From Callorhinchus milii (taxonomy: Eukaryota), in the NCBI RefSeq assembly GCF_018977255.1, contig NW_024704743.1, forward strand, positions 78,432,001-78,496,000: a stretch of DNA of 64,000 nucleotides. The letters run 5' to 3'. Made by a program: the position numbers and the translations under genes. Positions 22,601 to 34,600 of the stretch are shown here, in pieces (positions within the stretch are counted from its first letter, which is position 1; every line of letters begins with the position of its first letter). The notes beneath the pieces were generated by a model. That model was not told the DNA's origin. It ran no database searches and saw only the letters and a list, made by a program, of their open reading frames with translations.

Positions 22601-25600
22601 ACAATGGGGTTCTACTGTACTGAGCTTTTACCTTTATAGATGTTGCACACATGTCCGCGTCACTTTGATACTCTTCAACATTGACTCGTTTGTTCTTTAT
22701 TTCTGAATGCAAGTTCTATTCAGTAACAAAAAAAGGATATTAGCACAATAATACCAGTTTGTTTTTAATACGGTGGAAGAAAGTTTAGCCAGGCTCAAGT
22801 TAACTTCAGACAACAGGTGAATTGGACCAAACGCCCAGCCCCGATTCATTTGTATTCTTACCCGTTTTAAATATACTTGTCAATTCGTACAACAATCCGG
22901 TTAATCTGGATACAATGCCTTGTTCCTCGCTGCTGACTGCAGTTGCTTGTGTGTTCTGTGTCTCAGGCGATGCCATTCAGCCACGAGGGGCTCCAGGCAG
23001 AAGATGGGACGAGTCAAATTGCGATTGATTGACAGCAGACTCCAGCCATTCACAAGCGGCTGGAATTGGGCTGTCAATCAGTGAAGGTGCGGAGGAACGG
23101 GAAAGAAACAAGGGAATAGGAGGAGTCAAATCACGATTGATTGACAGCTGGAGCTGTTTGTGAATGGGTGAAGTGCTCAACCATTCACAAGCGGCTCCAA
23201 AGGTGTCAATCACTTTGGAGCCACCGCTAGTTGGTCCCCTTCCCGTCCAGTGGAAACGGCAATGGGCGGGAGGAGGCGCCACCGCTACTCTGGTGGGCAG
23301 GAGGAGATAATGGAACTTCGGTTAACCTTTTTAACGATTAAAAAGCTAAATTCAGAAATGACATTTTTATGTAGGAGCTAAAATTGCAATATGTGATGTG
23401 TTAATAAATGTAGACATGGCAATTGTTATACTGTTGGTAAATGTGGTCACCGACGTCAGTCAGTATTAAAAGAGTGGCCACAGGTGATACCATTGTCTCC
23501 ACCAGAATGTGTCCGACTTAACCATCTATTACAGGGTGAAAATTGCTACATATCATGTACGAATCATCACATTGGTCATAAAGGTGGTCAATGAGGTCAT
23601 TCAATAACTAATGACTGGCCCTAGTTGTGACTGACCCTCCCCAGCCAACTCCACCACAATGTTTCAGTCCAAAGTCTCATTAGTGGCTATTGGAGATATC
23701 AGTCCCCAGGATATCAACAACAACTTGCAAACAAAAACAATAATAAATTGGTCATTTTCAATCCACGACTGTTTGTGGGACATTGCTGTACACAACTGGC
23801 TGCCGCGTTTCGCCTACAAATATACGGTCAATTCACTTTATAGTCTATTCTGTGAAGCGCTTTGAGACGTCGAAAAGACGTGAAAAGCGCTATATCAAAT
23901 GCAAGGATTATTATTATTATTTATATAGCGCCCTTTAACTCGTTTCGAAGCGTTGAAATATCAGCTGATATGACTCTTTCTTGTTGATTTAAGATGTTAC
24001 CTGTGACTGGCATTCTAATGATATGACCCATGGGCTGGCATGGCCAATGTGGTCATCACTAGAGCTTCATCTTTGTGATGCTTCATATATTTTTTTTAAA
24101 TCATTCTGGTGGAGACTAGGTGTCACCTGTAGCCACTCTTTAATACTGACTGACATCGGTGACCACATTTACCAACACGATAACAATTTCCATATCACAT
24201 ATCGGAATTTTAGCTCCTACATAAAAATGTTATTTCTGAATTTTTTTTAAAATTCCAAGTGGAATGAGTGCTAATGGGCCTATTAGCATATATGCAGTGG
24301 TTAGCATCTGGCAAATACAGAAAAATCAAACGCATGGAAGGTCACAAATTGAATAAACCTTTTGCTCTTGTAGTTGAGCTATAATAGCTTCTGCATGCCC
24401 AAATTTATTGATTTGCAGTGCATCCTGTTTGCATTTGGTTACATCAATCCATCTGTTAAGCCCATCAAATAATTGTTTGTAATCATTCAGCTGCCGGTGA
24501 TGTTTATCCAAGTCTAAATATCTGCATAAAGGAGGGGAATAAAAAAAAAGTAATAAACAAACCAATTCTGAATCCATAATTATTACAATTAATAAAATAA
24601 ATTAGACTTTGTAAGAGCTCCTGGATTCCTTTTAAATATCATGCGACTGGATTGTTGCACTTAATGGAGGGCAACCCCATAATATCGCAGTCATCTGGGT
24701 CCATACTCTCAGGCTCTGCTTTATTAGCCGATAACTTTGGCTTTCTGACTATGTTTTGTACAGTCATTTGGGTAGTGGCGAGACCAAAACTCTTGACCAC
24801 CACTTTCGATGTGTAAGAACAATAATTAATATCACATCTTTATAGGATAACTATCTGCATGATAACGACTCTGGATTTAAAGTTTTTTTTAAAACATGAA
24901 ACATTTCTTTAAGCTGTAGTTTGGTTAGAAATTTCTATATTTAGAGTTACTTTAAAAAACAATTTCCAAAAGGTTGTCAAACAAACCTGGAATCAAGTTC
25001 TTTGTAAATTCTTTGCCAACGGTCCTTCAGTTGTGTGACCTTCTCATTATATTTGTCAATGTCAATGTCACACTTGTATGAAGATGTTATCCGCTCATTG
25101 ATATTTAACACTTGGTTCAGATCGTCATCCATGTGCTTCAGCAAGTCCCTTTTCATATCCAGTTCACCTCTCATTGTCTATAGGCAAGTGGAAATGATTT
25201 AGTTCAAAAGTTAGCCCTTGAACATTGAATCACCATGAATCAAATGGCTGTTTCACAGGCTGTGCGGTAACCAGAAATTGACATGCAATGTATATTTACA
25301 CCAAAATGTCATTCATGCATTGGACCATTTAAAAGGCCGTTTAATTCTCATGCGAATTATGAATTTGAAACATTCTTTATTCTCTGCATAGTGCAGAGAG
25401 AAAACCCAGCAGTCTAGAAACTCAAGATTTGAATTACCTTCAGATAGAATCTGTAAGGCTCTATTTTATCCAGATCCAATGGAACACTTTCCTCTTCAGT
25501 TAGTCGAGCTTCATAAACTTTTACAATATCTTCCACCTCAAGAATACTTTGAATGAGTAAATTCAGTACTTTCATTCTAAACATAAAGAGTTGCAATAAA

Positions 25601-28600
25601 TTGTAAATCATTCATATAAAATCCATTAACCCTCAGCCAGCTGGTAATATTCCAAAATACTTTCAATAAATTCAAGTTCACCATATAGTCAGAGTAGCCA
25701 TCTGTCAGGTTAACCTTATCCATTGTTGGCAACTTACAAAAAAATAAGCAAATATATATTTTAAATGACCATATAATAATAAAAATAATACATAGGGCAT
25801 GCCTAACATACGACACGCCTAATAAAAGTGACACCACTTTAGGTAAATATGCATTGTTTTTTTTGTTCTGCTGAAACGATAAATTAATATTGACAATGAG
25901 CTGGGCCACAAGGTTAACATCTAAATCTGTAACCTCACAACCTCCTGATATTGGGTTATGTAATAAGAAAGAGATCCTGAGTGAAGACCATGTTCTTGCC
26001 CGTAAGAAGAGCCAGAGAAACAAAATCAGAAGTTTTACAAAAAGAACAACCTAGAACAGCCCAAAAGTGACGGGAGCTGTGGGTTTTGAGAACATTCAGT
26101 CGACCCAGTCTGATAAGGAAAATATAATAAAACTAATAATAATCCTTGCTTTTCACACGAGGATATCAAAAAGTGCTTCACAGGATTTAGTGTAAAATGT
26201 AGCTGCTGTATTTTGTAGCCAATAAAAAACAGCCAATTTGCACACAGCAATAACAATAATAATTCTTGCATTTGATATTGCGCTTTATCACATCTTCGAG
26301 ACGTCTCAAAGTGCTTCACAGAATATATTGTAAAGTGAATTGACCTTGTATTTTGTGACCAAACCTACGGCAGCCAATATACCACAAACAGCCGTCAAGG
26401 GAATGGCCAATTATTTGGGGGATTGTCGGTCAGGACACTGGGAGAAACTCCTTTCTCTTTTTGAAAAGTACCATGGGTTCTTTAGTGTCCATCCGAACAG
26501 ACAGATGGGACCTTGGATTAATGTCTCATCCAAAGAACAGCAGCTCTGACAATGTAGCATATCCCTGCATTAGAATGTCAGCCTAGACTATCTGAGTTCA
26601 AAGTACTGACATGGTACTTGAACACACAACCTTCTGACTCAGGGCCAAGAGCTTTCTTCAGCCTTGGCTGATGTCATGTGGCAGGAATAAATCTGACTTC
26701 TTGGTCCTGATCACCTTATTGCTGGAAGAGATACTGTATGACTTCCAGCATTACAAACAATCATTAGACTCTCATCAAAGCACACTCAGCTTTATTAACT
26801 ATTGAATTACGCAAGTGGCCCAATAGCTCAAGGGATAGCATTCCTGATCATTCACATCAAAAATCGAACTCAGATTCCCTTGAACCGGTAAATGTTGCTG
26901 TTTATCAAGATCTCAAATTATGTCTTCGATAGAAGTAGAAGCATTCTATCTTTAAAAGGCATGAAAGTCTTTCAGGAAGCATTTGTACACAGCATTTTGC
27001 ACACCAGCACAAATGTAGCAATTGTCCACCTCATTGCAAGTGTGAGAAACCAAATGAAACAGCAATTCTGTCATAGCAGCTCTGCTATCACAGCTGTGCT
27101 GACATTTATGGCCCAAAATGAGCCACTCATACATAACTGGCTGTGTGTGTGTGTGTGTGTATGTGTGTGTGCGCACGCGGAGGGGGATTTTAAAAAACAA
27201 GTATCAAACATGGAAAAACAATGGGTTGACATAAGATCATGACAGTTGTATTTTGAAATAATGTATATTGTACAATATACAATCTCTTCTGTACAATAAT
27301 AATAATAATAATAATCCTTGCATTTGATATAGCGCTTTTCACGTCAGGAGGACGTCCCAAAGCGCTTCACAGAACACACTGTAAAGTGAATTGACTGTAT
27401 ATTTGTGGGCGAACGCGGCAGCCAATTGCGCACAGCAATGTCCCACAATCTAACAGTCGTAGATTGAAAATGACCAATTTATTATTGTTTTGTTTTTTTG
27501 GAGGGATTATTATTAGGCGTGTGGAGTAAGGAAACTTGCCCAAGGTTTCGCCCTCTGCCTGGAATTGAACTCAGGTCTCTCACTTGCAAAGCGAGTGCTC
27601 TAACCACTGAGCTACAGGACTCTGCTGTCATTGCAAAACATTCGCCAGTTCAAAATAAAATGAAGTAATAATCATCTGCACCTCTTACCTTTCTAAATAA
27701 TCTGTGGAGTATCTGCTGGCGGACTTCAGCCGCTGAGCTATAAAGAGAAACTCTTTTTCAAAGAATAATTTAGACTCCAATGATGGATTTGATAAGTGCC
27801 ACTTCTTCTGCAGTTTGACAAAGTCATTATCAATTGCATCTAGGTCATCTAGTGTAAGCTAGATAAAAATAAAAGAACGTATATCAGAATGGGAGCAAAG
27901 CACCCAGTAAATCCACTTGAGTTTTTCAAAATAAAATCTGAACAGTTCCCAAATTAGAATACAGAAAACAAAATAAAAAGGGCAAGTTTTAATAAATGAG
28001 AATATTTTGAAGTAAAAGCAGGAAAATGTCAGACTATTACTGTTTTACGCTCACCTCCAATTCAGCTGTCCTTCGTGTGTTGTTGAAAGTTGATGCAGAA
28101 TCGATAAGGAGGTGTATCTTTTGCAGCAATAACTGTTCATTCTCTTCCAAACGGTGGCGTATCGTTTGGAGCGCAAGATGGAAATTACTGTCTGACTGTG
28201 GTGGGCCTTGCCCTAGAACCTTAACTGAAACTGTGAAGAAATGGCATTAAAACACTAATCACCTTCTATTGCCAGATATGCCCTGTGTATATACATATAT
28301 GTAACACACACATGTATATACATAGCTAACTCTACTCAGCCCACTTAACCTTCTGAAACAGGGAAACACAGTTAAGCTCCAGAATAAAGTGTGAAACCTT
28401 TGTTCAAACTCCCAATGGTGAAGAAAGAAAACCGTAAAATATCAATCCACTCTTACACCCCAAACAGTCCGATGACCATCTAGAGTCTTAGCATCACATG
28501 TACCATTGTGTTCTACTGAGTATTTGACTGTTGGTGCCTGTCCATAAACTATCATCTTTGAACTGGAAACAAAAATCACATTGTTCCATGTTCAGTGAGC

Positions 28601-31600
28601 ATTTTGTCTCTGGAAGCTTTGTTCTACCTTTTCAGCCACAAAAACACACAGCCACTACACTTTACAGTATATCCTGTGATGTTCAATGTGAAAGGTACTA
28701 TACCAAATGTAAGATTATCTCCTTTCATTCACATAGAATTAAAAGTGAAAACGATTTACAACATCTCGCACTTTCACACAATGAACAGCTCATGAGAAAA
28801 AAATTGGAGAACACTGAGCATGGAAGAGAGGAATAATTTAAGACACTATCAAAGCTGTAAAATTTTGAAAGGGTTTTGAAGGCAAGGAGAGAAGGTGCGA
28901 GGCAAAAGGATTTGGAAAGAGAGTTCCAAAGTTGGGACTCTTTGGACTAAAAAGATTCTAGCTCAAATTGCAGTGTTGAATACTCTTTGTAATACGTTTC
29001 CCCTTTTACAAATCTTGACCATAACTATACTAATCCTTGCATTTGATATAATATTTTTCATATCTTCTAGACATCTCAAAGCGCATTGCAGAATATGATG
29101 TAAAGTGAATTGACTATATTTGTGGGCGAAACGCAGCAGTCAATTGAGCACAGCAGTGTCCCACAAACAGTGGTGGATTGAGTGACCAAATTATTATATA
29201 TTTTTTGAAGGATTATTATCTCCAGAAAAGCGATCCGCCAATTGACTAACAACTGGGTTCCTACTTACTGCTAGGTAAACAGAGGCGTGTGGAGGAAGGA
29301 AACTAGATTTTTTAAAAATTAAACCAAGGTGAGTATCAAACACAATTGAAGAACATGATTACTTGATTTAAACAGAAATAACAATAGGTTTTATTGCTAA
29401 ACGATATCACATCAATCAATCAGTTGATTTGTTCTACATATTTTACTGGCCATTTTATTTCTAACAGGCATTCGCGTACAAAACACACAGTCACTACACT
29501 TTACTTTATGGTAAAATCCTGCCAAGTGTTTTGAACGTCCTAATGTAAAAGGTACTATATAAATGCAGGAATTATTATTATTTTTACAAGGGCAGAATCA
29601 TTGAAGATAAAATCTGTAGCTAAGCACAATAGGGTTCTAATTTGGGTATTCGTTAAGATGTTTCCAAGATTTGTCAGATCCACAGAAAAATGTATTTAGA
29701 GGTAGATTGTTCAGAGTTTCCATGGGTTGACTTGTTATATTCGTGGTAGGAGACCCATTTCAATGACTCAGATTTCTTAGTAAAGATTCTTATTAAGTAC
29801 TGTCGCAAAGCAAACCGAGTATGAATATTACTAACTTTGTCGATCAGGTGGTCCGTCCTCCAAAGAAGTTACTAGTTTGCTGAAGTGGGTCTGGCTATGG
29901 CTGTAGTCTTTCTGCAATTCTGTTCGGTCTGCTTCTGTAAAGAACTGGGAAGTCTTACTGTACTTCAGGAAAGCCTGGAAATTCAGCTCCAGGTTTTTGG
30001 TCACCGTCTCGTAATCTTCACGAGACATTTGTTTCAGCTTTAAATTAGAAGGTAGAGCATTACTTGGAGCTACAAATAAAGAGTCATCACAAAATATAAA
30101 CTGTTGCCTGTGTTGCTTCACACTCATGTCTGTTTATATTGATTTCTCATTACACTCGCCGCTCCTAGAACAAACACCAAAATGGTGGAGGTAATGATGA
30201 ATTACAGTGCTGCTTATACAAAATAGTTACAAATGTAAACACTTGAGAGGGAATTCCAGTTTGATCTTCTGCTGATACTAAAACCGAGGAAGGAGAGGGT
30301 GGAGGGGGTAAATTATGAAAGGTATGCAGACTGCACATTGAACTTGAAACGAGGCTAGTTTTGAGTGTGTGAGGAGCAAAATTGAGGAGCAAATCATTTC
30401 CCCATGTCTTTTGGTCACAGCAATTCACAAACCTTCACAGGACCTGTGCGTCCAGACACATGTGTATAGACCAATGTGTACAGACCAATTTTTTGCCCCC
30501 AACAATTTTGCTCCTCACACACTCAAAACTAGCCTCGTTTGTTCATTTTTAAAACACTACATTTATCCTGCATGGGCTAACTAGTGATAAGCATGTATTG
30601 CACTGATGGCCTTGAGACGTCCTCCCGACGTGAAAGGCACTTTACAAGTGTAATTTTGTTGTTGTTGTACAGTGAACTCCAGTTACCAAACTGAACTTGA
30701 CTGAAATAAATGGTCAAGTAGACAAAACACTCCTGCCTAAACCAACTGCTTTAAAATGCAAGATTATTTGGTTTCTTCCTGCAGGATTTTCTGAACAAGT
30801 CAAAGCCCGAGCCCATGGCATGACCCCCAGGCGTTAGTTATCCTGTTGCTCAGTGCAGCTTTTCCTACTCAGGAACATGGTTCGATTGCATGATCTCTCC
30901 AGTTACCCTTTTCAATGTATTTTAAACAACAACAAATTACATTTGTATATTACATTTGGATGTCCCAAGGCGCTGGTCAGGGTACAGCATTTCAGACTCG
31001 AGCTGGAGTCTGGGTGGGGGAGAAGGGAGGGGAGGAGAAGGGGGGTGGCTGATGGCATGGTCGAAGAGGAGAGTTTTGAGGTGGGACTTGAAGGAGGCTA
31101 AGGAGGGGGCGAGGTGGAGTGACTGGGGGATGGAATTCCAGAGATTGGGGGCAGAGTAGCTGAAAGCCCTCCCGCCAATGGTGGGTCGGGGGACGTGGAG
31201 CAGGCCAGAGCTGACTGAGCGGAGGGAACGGGCGGGTTGGTAGGGGGTTAGGAGGTCGCAGAGGTAGGGTGGGGCGATGGCTTTGTAGGTGAGGATCAGG
31301 ATCTAGAACTGAATCCTCTGAAGGATAGGGAGCCAATGGAGTCGGGCGAGAATGGGGGAGGTGGGGTCACGGAGTTTGGTGCGGGAGAGGACACAGGCTG
31401 CAGAGGTTCTGGATTATCTGCAGCCTGTGGAGGGAGGAGTTAGGAGGGCCGACAAGCAGGGCGTTTGCATAGTCTGGAGCCTGGAGGTGATGAAGGCATG
31501 AACAGGAGTTTCACCGGCCTGAGGGATGAGGTAGTGGCGGAGTCGAGCGATGTTACGGAGGTGAGGGATGGCAGAGCGCGTCATGGCTTGGATGTGGGGA

Positions 31601-34600
31601 AGAAAAGACAGTTGAGGGTCGAACAAGACACCGAGGTTCCTGACTGGCTTGGTGAGTTGAAATGTGCAACCATGGAGGTTGATGTTGCCAGAGCCTGAGG
31701 TGCTGAGGTGCTGGCGTGAGCCAATCAGGAGGGCCTCAGTCTTGTTCACATTCAACTGTAGGAACTTTGCCCTCATCCAGGACTTGATGTCCGACAGGCA
31801 GTCTGTCAGGACAGCAGTGGTCCTGGAGTTGAAGGTGGAGACAGAAAGATAAGAGTTGGGTTCATCTGCACACATATGGAAGTTGACCCCATGTCTGCGG
31901 ATGATGTCACCAAGGGGGAGCATGTAGATTTTAAAGAGGAGATGGCCAAGGACAGAGCCCTGGGGGACGCCAGATGTGACAGTGCGGGGGCTGGAGGAGA
32001 AACTGTTAGAGGCAATAAAGTGGAGACGGTGAGAGAGATAGGAATCGAACCAGGCAAGGGCAGATCCGCGAAGGTTAAGTAAAGAGAGGTAGTGTATGAG
32101 GATGAAGTGGTCGACAGTGTCCAAGGCGGCAGAGAGGTCAAGGAGGACAAGGAGGCACAGGGAGCTCTGATCACAGATGTTCAGAATGTCATTAGTGACT
32201 TGACCAGGGCTGTTTCCGTGCTGTGGGCAGCGTGGAAGTTGGATTGGAGGGTTTCAAAGAGGGAATGGCGAGAGAGAAAGGAGCGGAGCTGGGACACAGC
32301 GACTTGTTCCAGGACCTTGGAGAGGAATGGGAGGTTCAAGATGGGGCAGTAATTGGAGAGCAGGAATGGGTCCAGGGAAGGTTTTTCAAGATGGAGGTGA
32401 TGACAGCTGTTTTTAGGGGGGTGGGAACTGAACCGGTGGACAAGGAGAGGTTGATGACGTCGGACAGGAGAGGGACCAGAAGATGGAGTTGGGAGATGAG
32501 GAGAGAGGTGGGGATGGGATCGAGGGAGCAGGTGGTGGGTTTGACTTTGCAAACGATGGCAGTGAGGGAGGAGGGAGAGATAGGGTCAAAGGAGTATAGG
32601 GGGGGCTGGGTGCGGGGGTGGGTCATGAGCGAGAGGTGATGTGGGGGTGGTGGTGGACAGGGGTGGCGGAGGTGGCTGAACGTATTTCCTCGATTTTGGA
32701 TTCAAGTAAGTCCAGCATCTCCTCACAACATCAAACATCAACTTGGCAATCTATTTGTGGTTCATACCAGACAAAGTGGTTCTTTGTACTAACGTGTATT
32801 ATAAGTGGCATAATTAATGCAAGGAATTAGTTAACACTTATTTTGCTTCAAGACATTTTCCACCACTTACCATTAATAAAGTCCAACTGCGAATTTTTTG
32901 CATGTCCATGACGCAGTACTGCCAAGACATCAAGCTCTTCATATTAATGTACAATTGATTCCACAGAGAGAGAATTGCCTCATAGTATTGTTCAATTCTA
33001 ATTGTAAAAAAAAGAGGAACAATTTCAATATTCGTAATAAAGCGCCCATACATTTTTCACTGTTTCAGTTGTAGAAATTGAAGGAAATTGTTTCATACTT
33101 GTTTGCAAGATCATTTGCAGCATGGTTGGGAGGTGGGATGAGGAGACAAACAGATGGAACCATCATTTCTATTCCACCAGGGCCAATCACCTTCCACTTG
33201 CTGCGTTGCGAGTTGTCCAATAAAATACATTTATCGTCTTTATGCACCGCTTTCTGAAAATGCACATTGCAAGGAAGTGAGATTGTAGTCAAAATGCAAA
33301 ATATGCAGATGCTGGAAATCTCAAACAAAAAAAACAGAACCCAGAACTTCAGTTCTGACGAAAGGTTGTGGACCTGAAACATTAACTCACTTTCCTTTCT
33401 CCATAGATACTGCCTGACCTGCTGAGTGTTCCCAGCGACTTGTTTTTGAGTGAGATTATAGTCGTTGCATGCCATTGTTATTTGAAAAGAGAAATGGTAT
33501 TCCCTCATTACCAACAACAACAAGATTACATTAAGTACAATGAAGTATTGTTGCATATCAACGTCTTAACTCCCACCTCAATAGGAAGAGTCCATAAGAA
33601 GTGGTCAATTCCGACAGCAAACTAAGAATTCAAACTCAGTGTTCCATAAGGCGACTGCCTCCTAAAATGCTCACTTGAAGTCTGTCCCAAAGAGGTTGTT
33701 ACAGACAAAGTTCAATGCAATTGTATTAGAAACGCTACACTGATCCTAAACTCTGGCTGATTATCAGGTGTGACTTGCACCAGGATTTATTTCTCTTTCA
33801 ACTGTGAAAACACAGCTTGCCAGTAAGAATTTGATGTGTTGGTTTAAATAGTTCCCTCCCCTCCCCTCATCCTGACCATTTCTCCCCTGCTCGGGTCCTG
33901 ACCCAACTGTCCAGCACCTTGGGACGTCCTCCCGACGTGAAAGGCGCACTATAAATGAAATCTTGTTGTTGTAGTTGTAATTTGCAGCCTGGGTTCAGGA
34001 CCCAATTAACTTCAAATATATAACAAAACAATATTGGTTCACAATTTCTTACTTTTATGTAATTTTAACCTCAGAATACAGGTAGACAAACCCAGATCCC
34101 CATAACAACCTCCAACACTACTTTGTAACCGGTGTTTTAAATATGACTCCATTGAGCCATCTGATCTCAGCAGCTTGCTCTTACAAGTGGAACTCAGATG
34201 GTGATATCAACCGAGGATAGGTATGCAGAATAGCTTGGTTTACTCGCACAGCAAACAAGTGATTTTCCCTGCAATTCAGATCTGTCCCGTCCAATGAAAA
34301 AAGAGCCCAATAACTCAGCTGATGAGAATATTTTATCTTAATTTTTTTAAGATTGTGCAGAACTATGAAAAATCTTTAAATTCAATCTACATTTGATAGT
34401 TTTTTTTGTGCAGTTTGTAAAAAGCAACTGGTTTCCAAATTGAGATTGAATGTAAGAAATTTCAACAATTCCACAAAATCTTAAAAGTTAAGACAAAATA
34501 ATCTCATTGGCTAAGAGTAGATGGAGTCCTGTATCATATTGGTTAGAGCATTGCCTCGCAAGCGAGAGGACGCGGTTTTGATTCCCGGGTGGGGCGAAAA

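Noticed and set aside
30924..32725. Active autonomous retrotransposon or domesticated RT gene
   Set aside because: 5'-truncated, frameshifted, and the catalytic YADD is altered to CADE.
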